This document shows, piece after piece, positions 52,372-63,090 of a stretch of 64,000 nucleotides of DNA. Numbering within the stretch: the stretch's first letter is position 1; each line of letters begins with the position of its first letter. Origin of the DNA: a virus; the IMG/VR virus record IMGVR_UViG_3300023074_000001, positions 1-64,000 of that record. One strand, given 5' to 3'. A program made the translations under genes and the position numbers. The notes beneath the pieces are model-generated. The model was not told where the DNA came from. It saw nothing but the letters and a program-made list of their open reading frames with translations, and searched no databases.

Positions 52372-53070
52372 AGATACTTACCTACACTTCAACTCAAGGA
52401 GAAGATAAGCACCATGAACAGATTTGATCATCAGAGCAAGCAAATTAAGATCCAGCGAGATACTGTAACTGCCGCCTATGCAAAGTACCTGAGGGCTGTT
52501 GATACCTCGCAGTCTTATCCTCCAGCTACTCGTAAGGAAATGATAGCTAAGGCGTATGAGGAACTTAGCAGAGCAGAAAAGCAAAGTACGCAGACCTACA
52601 TTCGAAGCATGAAGGATTTTGATAGCAATGTTTGACATATTCAAAAAAGATGTAACTATCAAATGTTACAATCTTGAGGAATTAGCTAAGTTGCTTGAAT
52701 TGAACGAGAAGTTTTTGATCCTGTACTTGAGCAAAGACCTATAGCTGAGATCCTAGGCAGGTCCCTCTAGAGGGACTAGATACTTACCTACACTTCAAAC
52801 TTGGAAGGAGACAACATGATCGGTTTAGTAATCTTGGGTAGCATGGCTCTAGCTCTGCTAGCTATCGTTGTTCTAGGAACCTGTCCCCAGGGACAGATAC
52901 TTACCTACACTTCGAATCAGGAGGAGGATCAGCATGGAACATCTTAAGGTTATAGCTTCAGCATTGTTTGATCTCTTCTCTGACAAGACTCACAGAGAAG
53001 CTATGCAGTTGATCTACAGATGGTTCTATCAGTGAGCCATCTCCTGAGGGACAGATACTTACCTACACTT
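52372..53070 (+). repeat. four copies of AGATACTTACCTACACTT (52372, 52778, 52895, 53053)
   Basis: Exact 18-mer, preceded by an AGGGAC-like sequence and followed by a purine-rich RBS. Confidence 0.95.
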
Positions 53071-53969
53071 CGATTTGAGAGAGGAGAGCACTGTGTTTAA
53101 GAAACCTATCAAGGTTAGATGTGACACCACCGAAGAACTAGGAAGACTGCTGGATTGGTTGAGAACTGATTCAGGATTATCTGAGTTGAACAGACAGCGT
53201 TATGCGGTAACCGCAGTTATGGCGATGCAGTATTGGGAGAATCCTCATGAGCTTATGTATTTTGAGGTAACAGTTCCTTACTACATTTATAAAAAGCAAA
53301 GAGATAAGTTTGTGCAGACAGAAGTTATCGATCGTGTCTTGCAACAGCGGGTGTTTTCTGAGATACTAGGCAGATCATGACTAAGCCGGGGAAACGTTCT
53401 GAGCCAGCTAAGGCTGGAAGAGTATCTAATCAATTTGTCGAGAAGCTGGAAAAATACGGAGCTTCAGAGAAGTTACTGAAAAAGCTAAAGGAATCTGAGG
53501 AAAAATGATGGAAGAAATAGCTACCGTAAAGCTTAATTACGTTGAATTATGTACCCTCCTAGACTCAGGTACCGTTGAGCATGGTTCGGCGCTGTACGTA
53601 AAACTGAGGGCCGCTAGAGATGCCTTCACGCAGACTCCGAAGGTTTATGGAAACGGTCTAGGTATTAGGATGCAGAAGGTGACTCAGTGAGCAAACCTGA
53701 CTCGGGGGATGTCGTTCCTGAAGGAAGCAACTGGTCTCAGACAGGAAACAAGATACCTATGACTGCCGAGAAAATAATTAGAGTCTTTAGTAGAGCGAAG
53801 AAGGGTAAAATTAAATGAGCAAACCGGATCCAGATGAGGTATATCGAAAGGGCACTAGTTGTGAGCCATGCGGCGGCATAGGAACTGTTGCTGTAAGGAC
53901 TAAATCTAAGCTGACTAACTATGCTAGTTACAAATGCAGCAAGTGTAACGGTAAAGGAAAATATATTAA

Positions 53970-54803
53970 ATGAGTAAAGCTGATGATGAATACACGAATA
54001 TGGTTTTTGACGTTTTAGCGTATGGTAAGCCGCGAGAGGATCGTACAGGCACAGGAACTATTTCTCTGTTTTCGTATCAGCTGATATTTGATATGGCTGA
54101 TGGTTTTCCATTACTGACTACCAAGGATATGACAGCAGGCTTTAAGCATATTGTTGCTGAAATGCTCTGGATGTTACGAGGATCTACCAATGCTGATGAG
54201 CTTGCAGAAATGGGTTTTGGTATCTGGCGTAAGTGGGCTAAGCCTGACTCTAACGGTGACCTAGGGCCTGTTTATGGACATCAGATGCGTAATTTTAACG
54301 GCCATACCTATAATTCTCCAGGCAATGAGCACGGAGTAGATCAGATTTCCTGGATCATTAATGAACTGAAGACCAATCCTGAATCCAGGAGAATGGTTGT
54401 CAGTTTGTGGAACCCTAATCAGCTTGATGAGATGGCATTACCTCCGTGTCATTGGGCGTTTGAGCTTTATGTAGACAGTAATAGGCTTAACATGAAGCTG
54501 CATCAGCGCTCATGTGATGTATTCCTTGGTGTTCCGTATAACATTGCTGAATACGCGCTATTGTTGCATATGCTTGCTGATGTTACTGGATATATTCCTG
54601 GAATACTTATTCACGATATGACTAACGTGCATATCTACAACAACCATATTGAACAGATCAAAAAACAAATATGGAGAGTTGGTCATCCTGCACCTACTTT
54701 AGTCAGGCGCAAAGTTGATTCTATATTCGATTTTGACATAAATAGCTTTAGTCTCTCTGGCTATAAGTATCACCCTAAGTTAACGGGTGAGGTATCTGTT
54801 TGA
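53970..54803 (+). CDS. thyA: thymidylate synthase
   Basis: DRTGTGT, LGPVYG, MALPPCH, QRSCDVFLGVPYNIAEY, HIYNNH. Confidence 0.97.
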   Translation: MSKADDEYTNMVFDVLAYGKPREDRTGTGTISLFSYQLIFDMADGFPLLTTKDMTAGFKHIVAEMLWMLRGSTNADELAEMGFGIWRKWAKPDSNGDLGPVYGHQMRNFNGHTYNSPGNEHGVDQISWIINELKTNPESRRMVVSLWNPNQLDEMALPPCHWAFELYVDSNRLNMKLHQRSCDVFLGVPYNIAEYALLLHMLADVTGYIPGILIHDMTNVHIYNNHIEQIKKQIWRVGHPAPTLVRRKVDSIFDFDINSFSLSGYKYHPKLTGEVSV

Positions 54804-55906
54804 TGGAGCCATTCAATGCAACCCCAGAAGAAGCAGAAGAGTTAATTTGGTGGCTCGTCTATCTGCTAGGTGGTAGAGTAACTATTCCAACAGATGATGA
54901 GTTTTGGGATAACAATTTACCCGAACACAGACGGCTGTCGGTGGGTCACGACGACCAGGGTAATCCTGTCTTGCTTGCTGAGCAGCAGGTATGGAGTGAC
55001 TTGACATAGAGGCTTTGAGGAGGTAGGTTGTGGGTATGGACATGACCTATCTCAAGACAGAGGAACGTAGGTGGCTTAAGTATCATCTAAGCTTGACTGA
55101 CCCAGACTTGGATAAGGTCTGGGAAATCATGATGGCTCAGTTTGTGCAGAAGGTTGCTAAATCTAAGGCTGTGACATATACTGCCAGGAGTCCTGAACGG
55201 CGAGAGATCTCTCGCTGTGGGTATCCTGTGGATTCATCTGGAGATGATGAGCCTATTGACATGCAGGAACTAACAGCAAAATGTTATACTGTTGTCGGAA
55301 GCTGGGAGTGGCAGTCAGGAACTAGATCTCCGCAGATTCGTGAACGCAACATTAAAGATTATGAAACTTTGCGAGGCACCTATAAAGATGAATGTAATTG
55401 TGCCCCTTGTAATCCCTGACACCAACTAACAAGATAGGAAGCAAATGGCGCTACGCAGACGTTCTGAGATGACTCACTATGTTGATTTCGGAGACCTTGA
55501 GAGTTTCATCAAGGAAACTTACGGATTTACCTATAATATTGCCGCAGCTGAAGAATGCGGCAACGATACTTCATTGACTTACCACATCGATGGCGTCCTT
55601 GATCTTTTTGAGCATAGTCTTTTTGAGCAGATGTTAGCAGGAGAATGGCTTCCTTACAAAACTCGACTTATTCTCAATAAGCTGCACCAAGATGGACATA
55701 TTCCCGCAGGTAATTATCTCATGACTGTAGATTGGTGAATCATTATGTTTGGAAATTCTAGGAAAATTAATCAGGCTGCCATGTCTGCTGCCGTTAAGGG
55801 AATGAAGAAGGATAAGCTTCTCAAAAAGGGTAGTGGCGGCCATAGCTGCGATGGTGGCTTTATCGGTAAGAAGCCCTGCATTGTGTGTAATCCTCGCTAA
55901 AACCCC

Positions 55907-55941
55907 TAAAGGAGCCTACTTGACGGTAGGCTCCTTTTTGT
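55907..55941 (+). terminator. intrinsic terminator containing the next -35 box
   Basis: AAAGGAGCCTAC-TTGACG-GTAGGCTCCTTT followed by TT. Confidence 0.75.
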
Positions 55942-56489
55942 GTATGGTCTAGCTATGAGTGTTGATCTAGTAAAAACCATATACGCCGAAGATGTTAATG
56001 TAGGCGATGAACTTGATTTTGCAGAAGACGAATACTGCTGGAATGACTTAGCAGATTCAGCCTATGCTACGATAAGCCGTAGAACTGAATGGTATAACGG
56101 TCATACCGGAGAGCCGTGGGTTACTCTTATAACTTCCCAAGGTGATTTTGAAATGCCAGCAGCGCATCAGGTAAAGAAGAGAGTGATTGAATGAACAACA
56201 CATTAGTTATTACTGTTGGTGGGCATGATAGTAAGACTCATGCACAGTTTTTATCAGAATACTTAGGCACCAACGTTCAAATAACAGCTAAGCGAAAGAA
56301 ATGGTATCAACGGCATGTTGAGCATGTCATCAGAGCACAGAACGTCTCCTCAGTTGCCGTAAAGTTCATCAGCGACTACGCTAACAACAGCGGGCTACCA
56401 CTCAAGGTCAAACTTTTCTAGGCTTGACAGCAAGATTTGAGCGATGTAAGCTCTAGCTATCAACAACAACGAGGCAGAAAGGTACCACC

Positions 56490-57005
56490 ATGGCTAAGAT
56501 TGTCATCATCATCGAGGACTGCCGTGACAAGGTTTCTCCGAATTGCACGAAGACTTTCTCTCGTACCCCAGGACGTCGAGGTCGGCCCTCCGTCAACTGT
56601 GTGCCGTGCCGAGATGCCCTGAAGGCTAAGACGGCTTCTAAGTCTGGTGCGGATGTTGCTGAGCATGACTGTAATTCTGTTGGCTGGGATTGCATGGTCA
56701 ACAACGGAGTCAAGGAGCATCACCAGATTTCCAAGGTTGTTACCTGTCCCTGTAATAACACCTTCACCGTCATGCTGGGTCGTCGTGGCCGTCAGCCTAC
56801 TAAGTGCGAGGCTTGCCGTCATGCTGGTACGGTGTACCGTGAGAACACCGAGGGTGAGATGGAGCTTATCCGCGCTGAGGAGGCTCGGGAGAAGGCTCGG
56901 GAGAAGGCTGAGCAGGCTGGACGTGAACGTGCCGCCCGACTTTGTGAGATGATGAAGCCGATTATTGACCGTGACAACCGTCGTCGTAATTTGGTTAAGG
57001 TTTGA
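56490..57005 (+). CDS. Cys-rich protein with two GRRGR-x-CxxC repeats (putative DNA binding)
   Basis: GRRGRPSVNCVPC and GRRGRQPTKCEAC; strong promoter upstream. Confidence 0.6.
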   Translation: MAKIVIIIEDCRDKVSPNCTKTFSRTPGRRGRPSVNCVPCRDALKAKTASKSGADVAEHDCNSVGWDCMVNNGVKEHHQISKVVTCPCNNTFTVMLGRRGRQPTKCEACRHAGTVYRENTEGEMELIRAEEAREKAREKAEQAGRERAARLCEMMKPIIDRDNRRRNLVKV

Positions 57006-57532
57006 TATGTATGAAATAGCAGGCATTATTGCTTGTATTTTAGGTGCCATAGGACTTATATGTTCTTTAGGCGCACTTATCTATGATATCGCTGAACCCG
57101 TACAACCAGAAGCCGATAAAGTAAATGTGAAAAAGCTAGTGGCTGAGAATACAGAACTGAAGACAAAAGTAGCAGAATTGGAAAACATAGTTTCTGCTGA
57201 GCAGATGGTTAGAAATTGGAGCGCGCCAGATATGAAAGAAACACTTAGTAATGCCACGCAGGAATAATAGAATCGCGGAGGATGCTTGGCTGCCTACATT
57301 TAAGGCAGAAGATGAGAGGCGCGACCTTCCTACGTGCAATAAGTTTCCCCATAAAACCCTATTCACCACGGGCTATCGCGCTCAGGTAGCGGTAGATGAG
57401 ATAAATGCTCGCTCGCATAGGGATGATAAGCCTAAGCGAGTATATGAATGCCTAGAGCGTGCCGGAGGCTGTGGTTATTTCCATACAACAAAGCAAAGCG
57501 AATACAGCGAATAAGTTTTGATAGGCGGCAAT

Positions 57533-57904
57533 ATGAGAACAGAACCCTGCAAGCAATGTAATATGTTTGATTTCTATTACCGGGGAACCTTCTCATACTG
57601 CCGCCCTTGCCATTCTCAGGCACAAAGGCGTTATGCTGCTAAGCAAACTGAGAAGCAATTAGTGCAGCCTCCTAGGAGAAGTCTAGAAGAAATATTAGAG
57701 TTGAAAAACTCATTCTCTAGAAATAAGACCCATTGCGTTAATGGTCATCCTTTCTCCGGAGATAATGTGCGCTACTCAAGCCAAAAAGGCGGGCGCAATA
57801 TGTTCCGCAGATGCAGGGCTTGCGAGCGGAACGCTAAGCGTGTAAAGTATGGGCTAGCACCGGAGCCAACACCTATGACTCTGGGTAAATTGCTAGAGGA
57901 GTAA
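57533..57904 (+). CDS. Zn-finger protein (KTHCxxGH type)
   Basis: KTHCVNGHPFSGDN...RRCRAC. Confidence 0.6.
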   Translation: MRTEPCKQCNMFDFYYRGTFSYCRPCHSQAQRRYAAKQTEKQLVQPPRRSLEEILELKNSFSRNKTHCVNGHPFSGDNVRYSSQKGGRNMFRRCRACERNAKRVKYGLAPEPTPMTLGKLLEE

Positions 57905-59176
57905 TCATGTGGTATGGTAAGTTCTTCAAAGAAGCTCAGCTTGTAGGTTCAATCTTGATGGTCGAAGGCCCTGAGCGTGCTATTGTGCTTGATACTGAGG
58001 TTGAGTCTCTTGAGGAGGCTTGCCAGATCATGCTGGACATTCACAAGCAGGCTCCGCACTGCTCGCCGGTAGTTCGCAAGCGCCTGAAGAAGGTTTGACA
58101 CATATAGTTGATGTTGCTAGAGTAGTTATATCGAAAGAAAAACTACTGAGGAGATCAGCTAATGTGTAATGCACCGCAGTGTGCTACGATCAAGAAGTAC
58201 GGTCAGAACCAGCCTGAGGCACGTAGGGCTGATCAGGAAAAGCTTGAGCGAGTACTTTACAACCGTAACCCGAAAACCGACTAAGAAAGGCAACTCTTTT
58301 AGTATGCCTAGGACACCTAAGTATCGTTCCCACGAAGTTGGGGATGTAGTTGCAGCTATCGAAAGCATGAGCCCCAAGGAAGCCAAAGAAGCAATGAAGG
58401 CTATTCAAAAGGGCAATGTGCCGGGCATGAGCAGGAAGCAAATCAAGGCGCTTGAGAAGCCCATTAAGCAGCTCGAAAAGAGGCTTGAGGGTGGCGTTCA
58501 ACTCGGTGCTACTGCTGCCGGTATCAAGGACTTCTTTAACAGCCACAAGGGAAATGCAGGTAAGGCTAAGCCTCCTCCCGGCCGTAGTTCCTGGTGGTGA
58601 CTTATGCGTAAGACGTGTTCGGTATGTAATAAACCTATAGGGCCTTTTGGTCACGCATGTGATTACCCTGGGAAGTGATTTGAAAGTAGGGACAGAGGTT
58701 TCTGTCCCTACTCCTATTTAGACAGGAGTGCATTATGGTTTTGACTGATGTTACCAACAAGGACATGGAAGCTACTCTTGGTTGGTTCGAGAAGCTTATT
58801 GTTGCTATTGGTGATGGAATTATGGCTGTGGTAAACTTTCTTCCAGACGTAGTTCTCGGGGGAATTGTAGTTGTACTTATTATTCTTGCCATTTATCACC
58901 ACATCAAGAACTAATGATGTTCAAGGTTAAGAAGACTTATCAGTACTTTGTGGCTTACACCTATAATTCGAAAGACAAGACCTCAATTAGTAATTGGCAG
59001 TTTGGCTTTACTAAGAGGCTTACTACAAATGCTGATCTTGAGGTAATTCGTAAGCATCTATGCGATGTGCATCAAGTAAATCATGTCACATTTCTTACAT
59101 ACCCGAAGTTGATGAGGGTTGACAGGAAGCTCAGGCGCAGGTAAGCTAACTTCATCACCTAGCGAAGGGGTCACTA

Positions 59177-59622
59177 TGGAGCTGTTTGATGCCAGTATCC
59201 TGGCTAAGGAGCTTATCTCTCAGTACGTTCCGCAGTATCGATTCTCCTGGAATAGCCTGAAGACTAAGTACGGTGTATGCAGCTACAGCAACAGGACCAT
59301 CTATCTGTCTCGGCATCTTACTCCGCTACGTACTGAGGCTGCTGTCCGTCAGACGATTATGCATGAGATCGCTCATGCCTTGACTCCTGGCGCAGGACAC
59401 GGTATGCTGTGGAAGATTCAGATGCAGCGATTTGGGTATAAGCCTGAGCGTTGTAGTTCTGATGTAGTAGACAAGTCCAGTATCTCAAACTGGAAGGCTA
59501 CATGCCCTGGCTGTGCTAAGGTTGTCTACATGGTTCGCAAGCCAAGAGTTGTTAAGTCTTGCGGCAAATGCGGTCATGGTAAGTTCAACCGTAAGTACAT
59601 CTTGGAATTCAAGAAGATTTGA
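59177..59622 (+). CDS. SprT-like metalloprotease
   Basis: HEIAHAL...GHG..W and C-terminal CxxC pairs. Confidence 0.9.
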
Positions 59623-60611
59623 CCGCCTCGGACGGTACTGGTAGGATGTGGAGAGAGTTTAACGATTCTCGTAGAAGCAGATGATCACCAGTACCGTCCG
59701 TTTTTGTTTTCTCAGAATGAGAGGTTAGCGCTATGGACACGACAATTGAAGGTGTGCGTCAGGTCTGGTATCGACAGACCTTGCTCGCTAAGCCAGTTAA
59801 GCCTAGTCGTTGCAGAGATTGCGGGGAGGCTATTCTTTTTGTCTCTTCCGATCGGAAGCATTCCTATTATCCTGTTGATGTCGTGCGAAGTGAAACTGAG
59901 CCTGGTAAGGTCGTTCCTCTAGTAGGTCAGAATCACCTGACTACGTGTGTCATCGCTATTCTGGAGCGTAAGCGAGCTACACAGCAACCCTCAACTGAGG
60001 TGCCTGCTGTCAAGTCTGATGAGCCAGCAGAGGTTAGAGTTACCTTGACACGCGGCAATGAGAGTGTTGCGGTAGTCGCATCGGGCAACAATAAGTCTGA
60101 GGCATCCGAGCACGCACGTGCTAAACTCGCAGAGTATCCTGGCTTTGAGGTTTCTCGCTGGGCTGTTGTGAGTTTGGCAAACTAACTAAGAAGGGTTACA
60201 CTATGAACGAAGGCAGGCGTAATTGGATTATTGTCTGGATTGCCGTTGCGCCACTCATGATTATCAGTTGGGTTTTCTGGCTGATCAGGCTTCCGTTTAC
60301 CTGGTTTGTCAAGGGTGTTGAGAAGGTCTGTTCGTGGGTTGACAACAAGGTATCCAACCGTTAGGGTTTAGGCATGACAAGGTATTGGTACTGGGTAGTT
60401 GCATCGCTAGACAGATCTACGCTAGCGCTGGAATTGGGATTCGATGATCCTATTACAACAGCTGAGCAACTTAACGAGATTGCCATTCATGTTAAGAAGC
60501 ATTTTAACATTGAGTTTGGCAGCTGCGTAGTCACAAACTTTATTTTTCTCAGGACCGAAGTTGTTAAAGACGGTGGACAACCTAGCTAGTATGTAGTAAG
60601 CTTCAAATCAT

Positions 60612-60844
60612 CAAGTAGCCCGCTAACCAGCTAAACCGTGGGCCCACCGAGGAGCGATCCTTATCGGGTGGGTAGCCGAGGCCGTGCTGCGCTGGATACA
60701 GTCTGGTAAGCTAGTCAGGCCGAGCTACTTGTGGTTTGTGGTAGAATCTAGTAAGTTTTAATCAAGTCAAGCAGCCCGCGCACCACGCAGCATTAAGTCT
60801 GTGGATTTCGGCCAGCCGGTGAGAGTCGGGCCGGGCTACTTGAC
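60612..60844 (+). ncRNA. two related closed-stem small RNA candidates (60612-60731, 60766-60844)
   Basis: Shared ends CAAG(T/C)AGCCCGC...GGCCG(A/G)GCTACTTG. Confidence 0.5.
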
Positions 60845-60917
60845 AGCACGAACGCAACCTGATAGATTACTTCCACCAGGGCAACAACGCCCAAACAAAC
60901 GAAAGAGGAAAACCATT

Positions 60918-61463
60918 ATGGCTACTGTTACTAACGTTGTTCTGCTTGACTCCCTCGACGAGCGGATCAAGAGTGGCGTTGAGACTGTTACCTTCTTCGA
61001 CCCGATGACCGGTCAGGAGATGGAGATCGAACTGGGCGAGGCTAACCGTAAGCACTTCACCAACCACATCGAAAAGCTTCAGAAGTACATCGATGCTGCC
61101 CGTAAGGTTGAGGCTGCCCCTAAGAAGGCTGTTGCCGCTCAGAAGGGTAACCAGAGCGTTATCCGTGAGTGGGCTAAGGCGAATGGCTTTGAGGTTGGTG
61201 ACCGTGGTCGTATCAAGGCTGACATCGTTGAGGCTTACCACAAGGCTCAGGTCGTGCCGACTCAGACTGTGATCCCCGAAGCTGAGACTAAGGCTGAGGA
61301 GATTGCAGTTGAGATTGAGCAGGCTCGCACCGAGGAGCCCGTTAAGCTTGTCGAGGTGTCCTCTGAGGCTCCTGAAGCTGAAGTCAGCGACAACGAGCAG
61401 GCTATCGCTGATGCCCTGGCGTCCATCAAGGCTGAGGTTGTCAAGAGTGGCGCTAGCGAGTAA
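60918..61463 (+). CDS. lsr2: Lsr2-like nucleoid-associated protein with acidic C-terminal extension
   Basis: N-terminal dimerisation domain (ETVTF...EIEL...N) and IREWAKANGFEVGDRGRI DNA-binding motif. Confidence 0.92.
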   Translation: MATVTNVVLLDSLDERIKSGVETVTFFDPMTGQEMEIELGEANRKHFTNHIEKLQKYIDAARKVEAAPKKAVAAQKGNQSVIREWAKANGFEVGDRGRIKADIVEAYHKAQVVPTQTVIPEAETKAEEIAVEIEQARTEEPVKLVEVSSEAPEAEVSDNEQAIADALASIKAEVVKSGASE

Positions 61464-62223
61464 GCTTTGAGCAATAGGCAAGCACGGGTAGAGCGTAGGG
61501 CAACTGAAAGAAAGGTTGCCCGCCTCGCACAGGAAATTAAAGACAAACGCATTGCAGAACGTGATAGGCTCAAGAAAGAATTAGCCAGTATTCCTACAGT
61601 TAAGCCTAAAAGAAAGTCCTAATATGCTTCTTGTATTAATGGTCGTAGCCTATTGGCTTGGCTCAGTTGCGGGCACATCATGGTTTATTATGATTGCTAC
61701 GGGGAACCTGCATCATCTCAATGCCTACGTGCCAGCACTCAGCTATTCAGAAGTTTTCTCAGCTATCCTTTGGCCTAGCCTGGTTATTCTGGTAGTATCC
61801 GTGGTGTGGCAAATCATTACAGCTTCAGATTGACGTACGTTAGACCAGTATGGTAGCCTGCCTTACACAGCAGGCGAGAGCATCGATGCTCTCCTGGTCA
61901 CAATGCTTGCCTCACGGCTTGACAGACATCATAATGACAACTTGGAGGTAGTACATCATGACTTTCTTCGAAATCCTCAATGAGATCTTCAAGGCGCACC
62001 GTAGCGGCGACATGGTGCGTAAGCACATTCTGATGGAAATGCTCGATGATGTTGAGCCGACTTACGCTGACACCCTTGACAGGATCGAATATGCCAGCTA
62101 GGCTGTAACCTGAAAGACCTGCTGAGCTAGCTCGGTAGTGTGGGCGGGGGAGTGGATTCCCATAGTGGGATGATACCTAGATCCGTGGCCCACATCCAAT
62201 TTTCCTGAAAAGGATTATGAATA

Positions 62224-62589
62224 GTGCCTCACAGTTTACGCGCACCTAAAGTGAGAAAGTATTTACTGGAAAAGTACGGTCCTGTTTGCCAGATTTGCCT
62301 TGAGTGGAAACGTACTGGTAGGGTAACGCTTATCGATCTTACAATCGATGGCGGGCCGCTATCGTATTCCGTTGACCATAAGATTGCTCGCGCCGATGGC
62401 GGGCCGAATACCAAAGAAAATATGCAGCCAGCACATAGGTTGTGCAATGAAGTTAAGGGCAGCAGTATTGACAATAGGCTAGGCAATATGCCTAAGATGC
62501 CGAGACGCAACACAGCGCCGCCACAGACAATCATCCGTGGATCTGAGTTGCGCTACACCTCAGCTAGTGCTAAGCTAGTTTCAGCTTAA
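62224..62589 (+). CDS. HNH endonuclease
   Basis: CQIC...SVDHKIARADGG...NMQPAHRLCNEVKG. Confidence 0.85.
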   Translation: MPHSLRAPKVRKYLLEKYGPVCQICLEWKRTGRVTLIDLTIDGGPLSYSVDHKIARADGGPNTKENMQPAHRLCNEVKGSSIDNRLGNMPKMPRRNTAPPQTIIRGSELRYTSASAKLVSA

Positions 62590-62685
62590 GACATTCACAC
62601 CTAGAAAGGCGCAACAATTTATGGTACCTACTAATTCGGATAGTAAAGAGATCATCTCTCCTCTCCTTCCAAAGAAGGAAACTAA

Positions 62686-63090
62686 GTGACTGACTATGCT
62701 AGGCTCAGCCTTGACGCACTCAAGTTGAAGGCTGCTGATCTGAAGATCAAGGGTCGCAGCAAGATGAATAAGGCAGAGCTTATTGCAGCTATCGAGGCTA
62801 CTCAGCCTCTTAAGGCTGAGTCTGTCGTCGATGCAATTGTTGCCGGTATTCGTAACGACCGTGAGGCTCGTAGCAATAAGGGCCGATCTGCTGGTAATGC
62901 ATCGCCTAAGACCAAGAAGATGCACCCTGACACCAAGGCTGTACAGTATCGTCTGTCGCGTGGTAGTATGACTGCAAAGCTTACTCCTAAGCAGTCTAAG
63001 CGAGTTCGCAAAGCTGAAGCTAAGTTCTACAATGCTCAGCGGTACAACGTGTGTACTGGTATGGGTGCCAATAACTTCACCTACGCCTAA
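62686..63090 (+). CDS. Rho N-terminal (HeH)-domain basic protein
   Basis: LKLKAADLKIKGRSKMNKAELIAAI. Confidence 0.75.
   Translation: MTDYARLSLDALKLKAADLKIKGRSKMNKAELIAAIEATQPLKAESVVDAIVAGIRNDREARSNKGRSAGNASPKTKKMHPDTKAVQYRLSRGSMTAKLTPKQSKRVRKAEAKFYNAQRYNVCTGMGANNFTYA

Noticed and set aside
52372-53070. CRISPR array
   Set aside because: Spacing is long and irregular (406, 117 and 158 nt), the intervals contain ORFs, and there is no cas operon
56460-61573. Long minus-strand ORFs (56460-57050, 58190-58654, 60867-61481)
   Set aside because: Antisense shadows of codon-biased plus-strand genes, with no recognisable motifs
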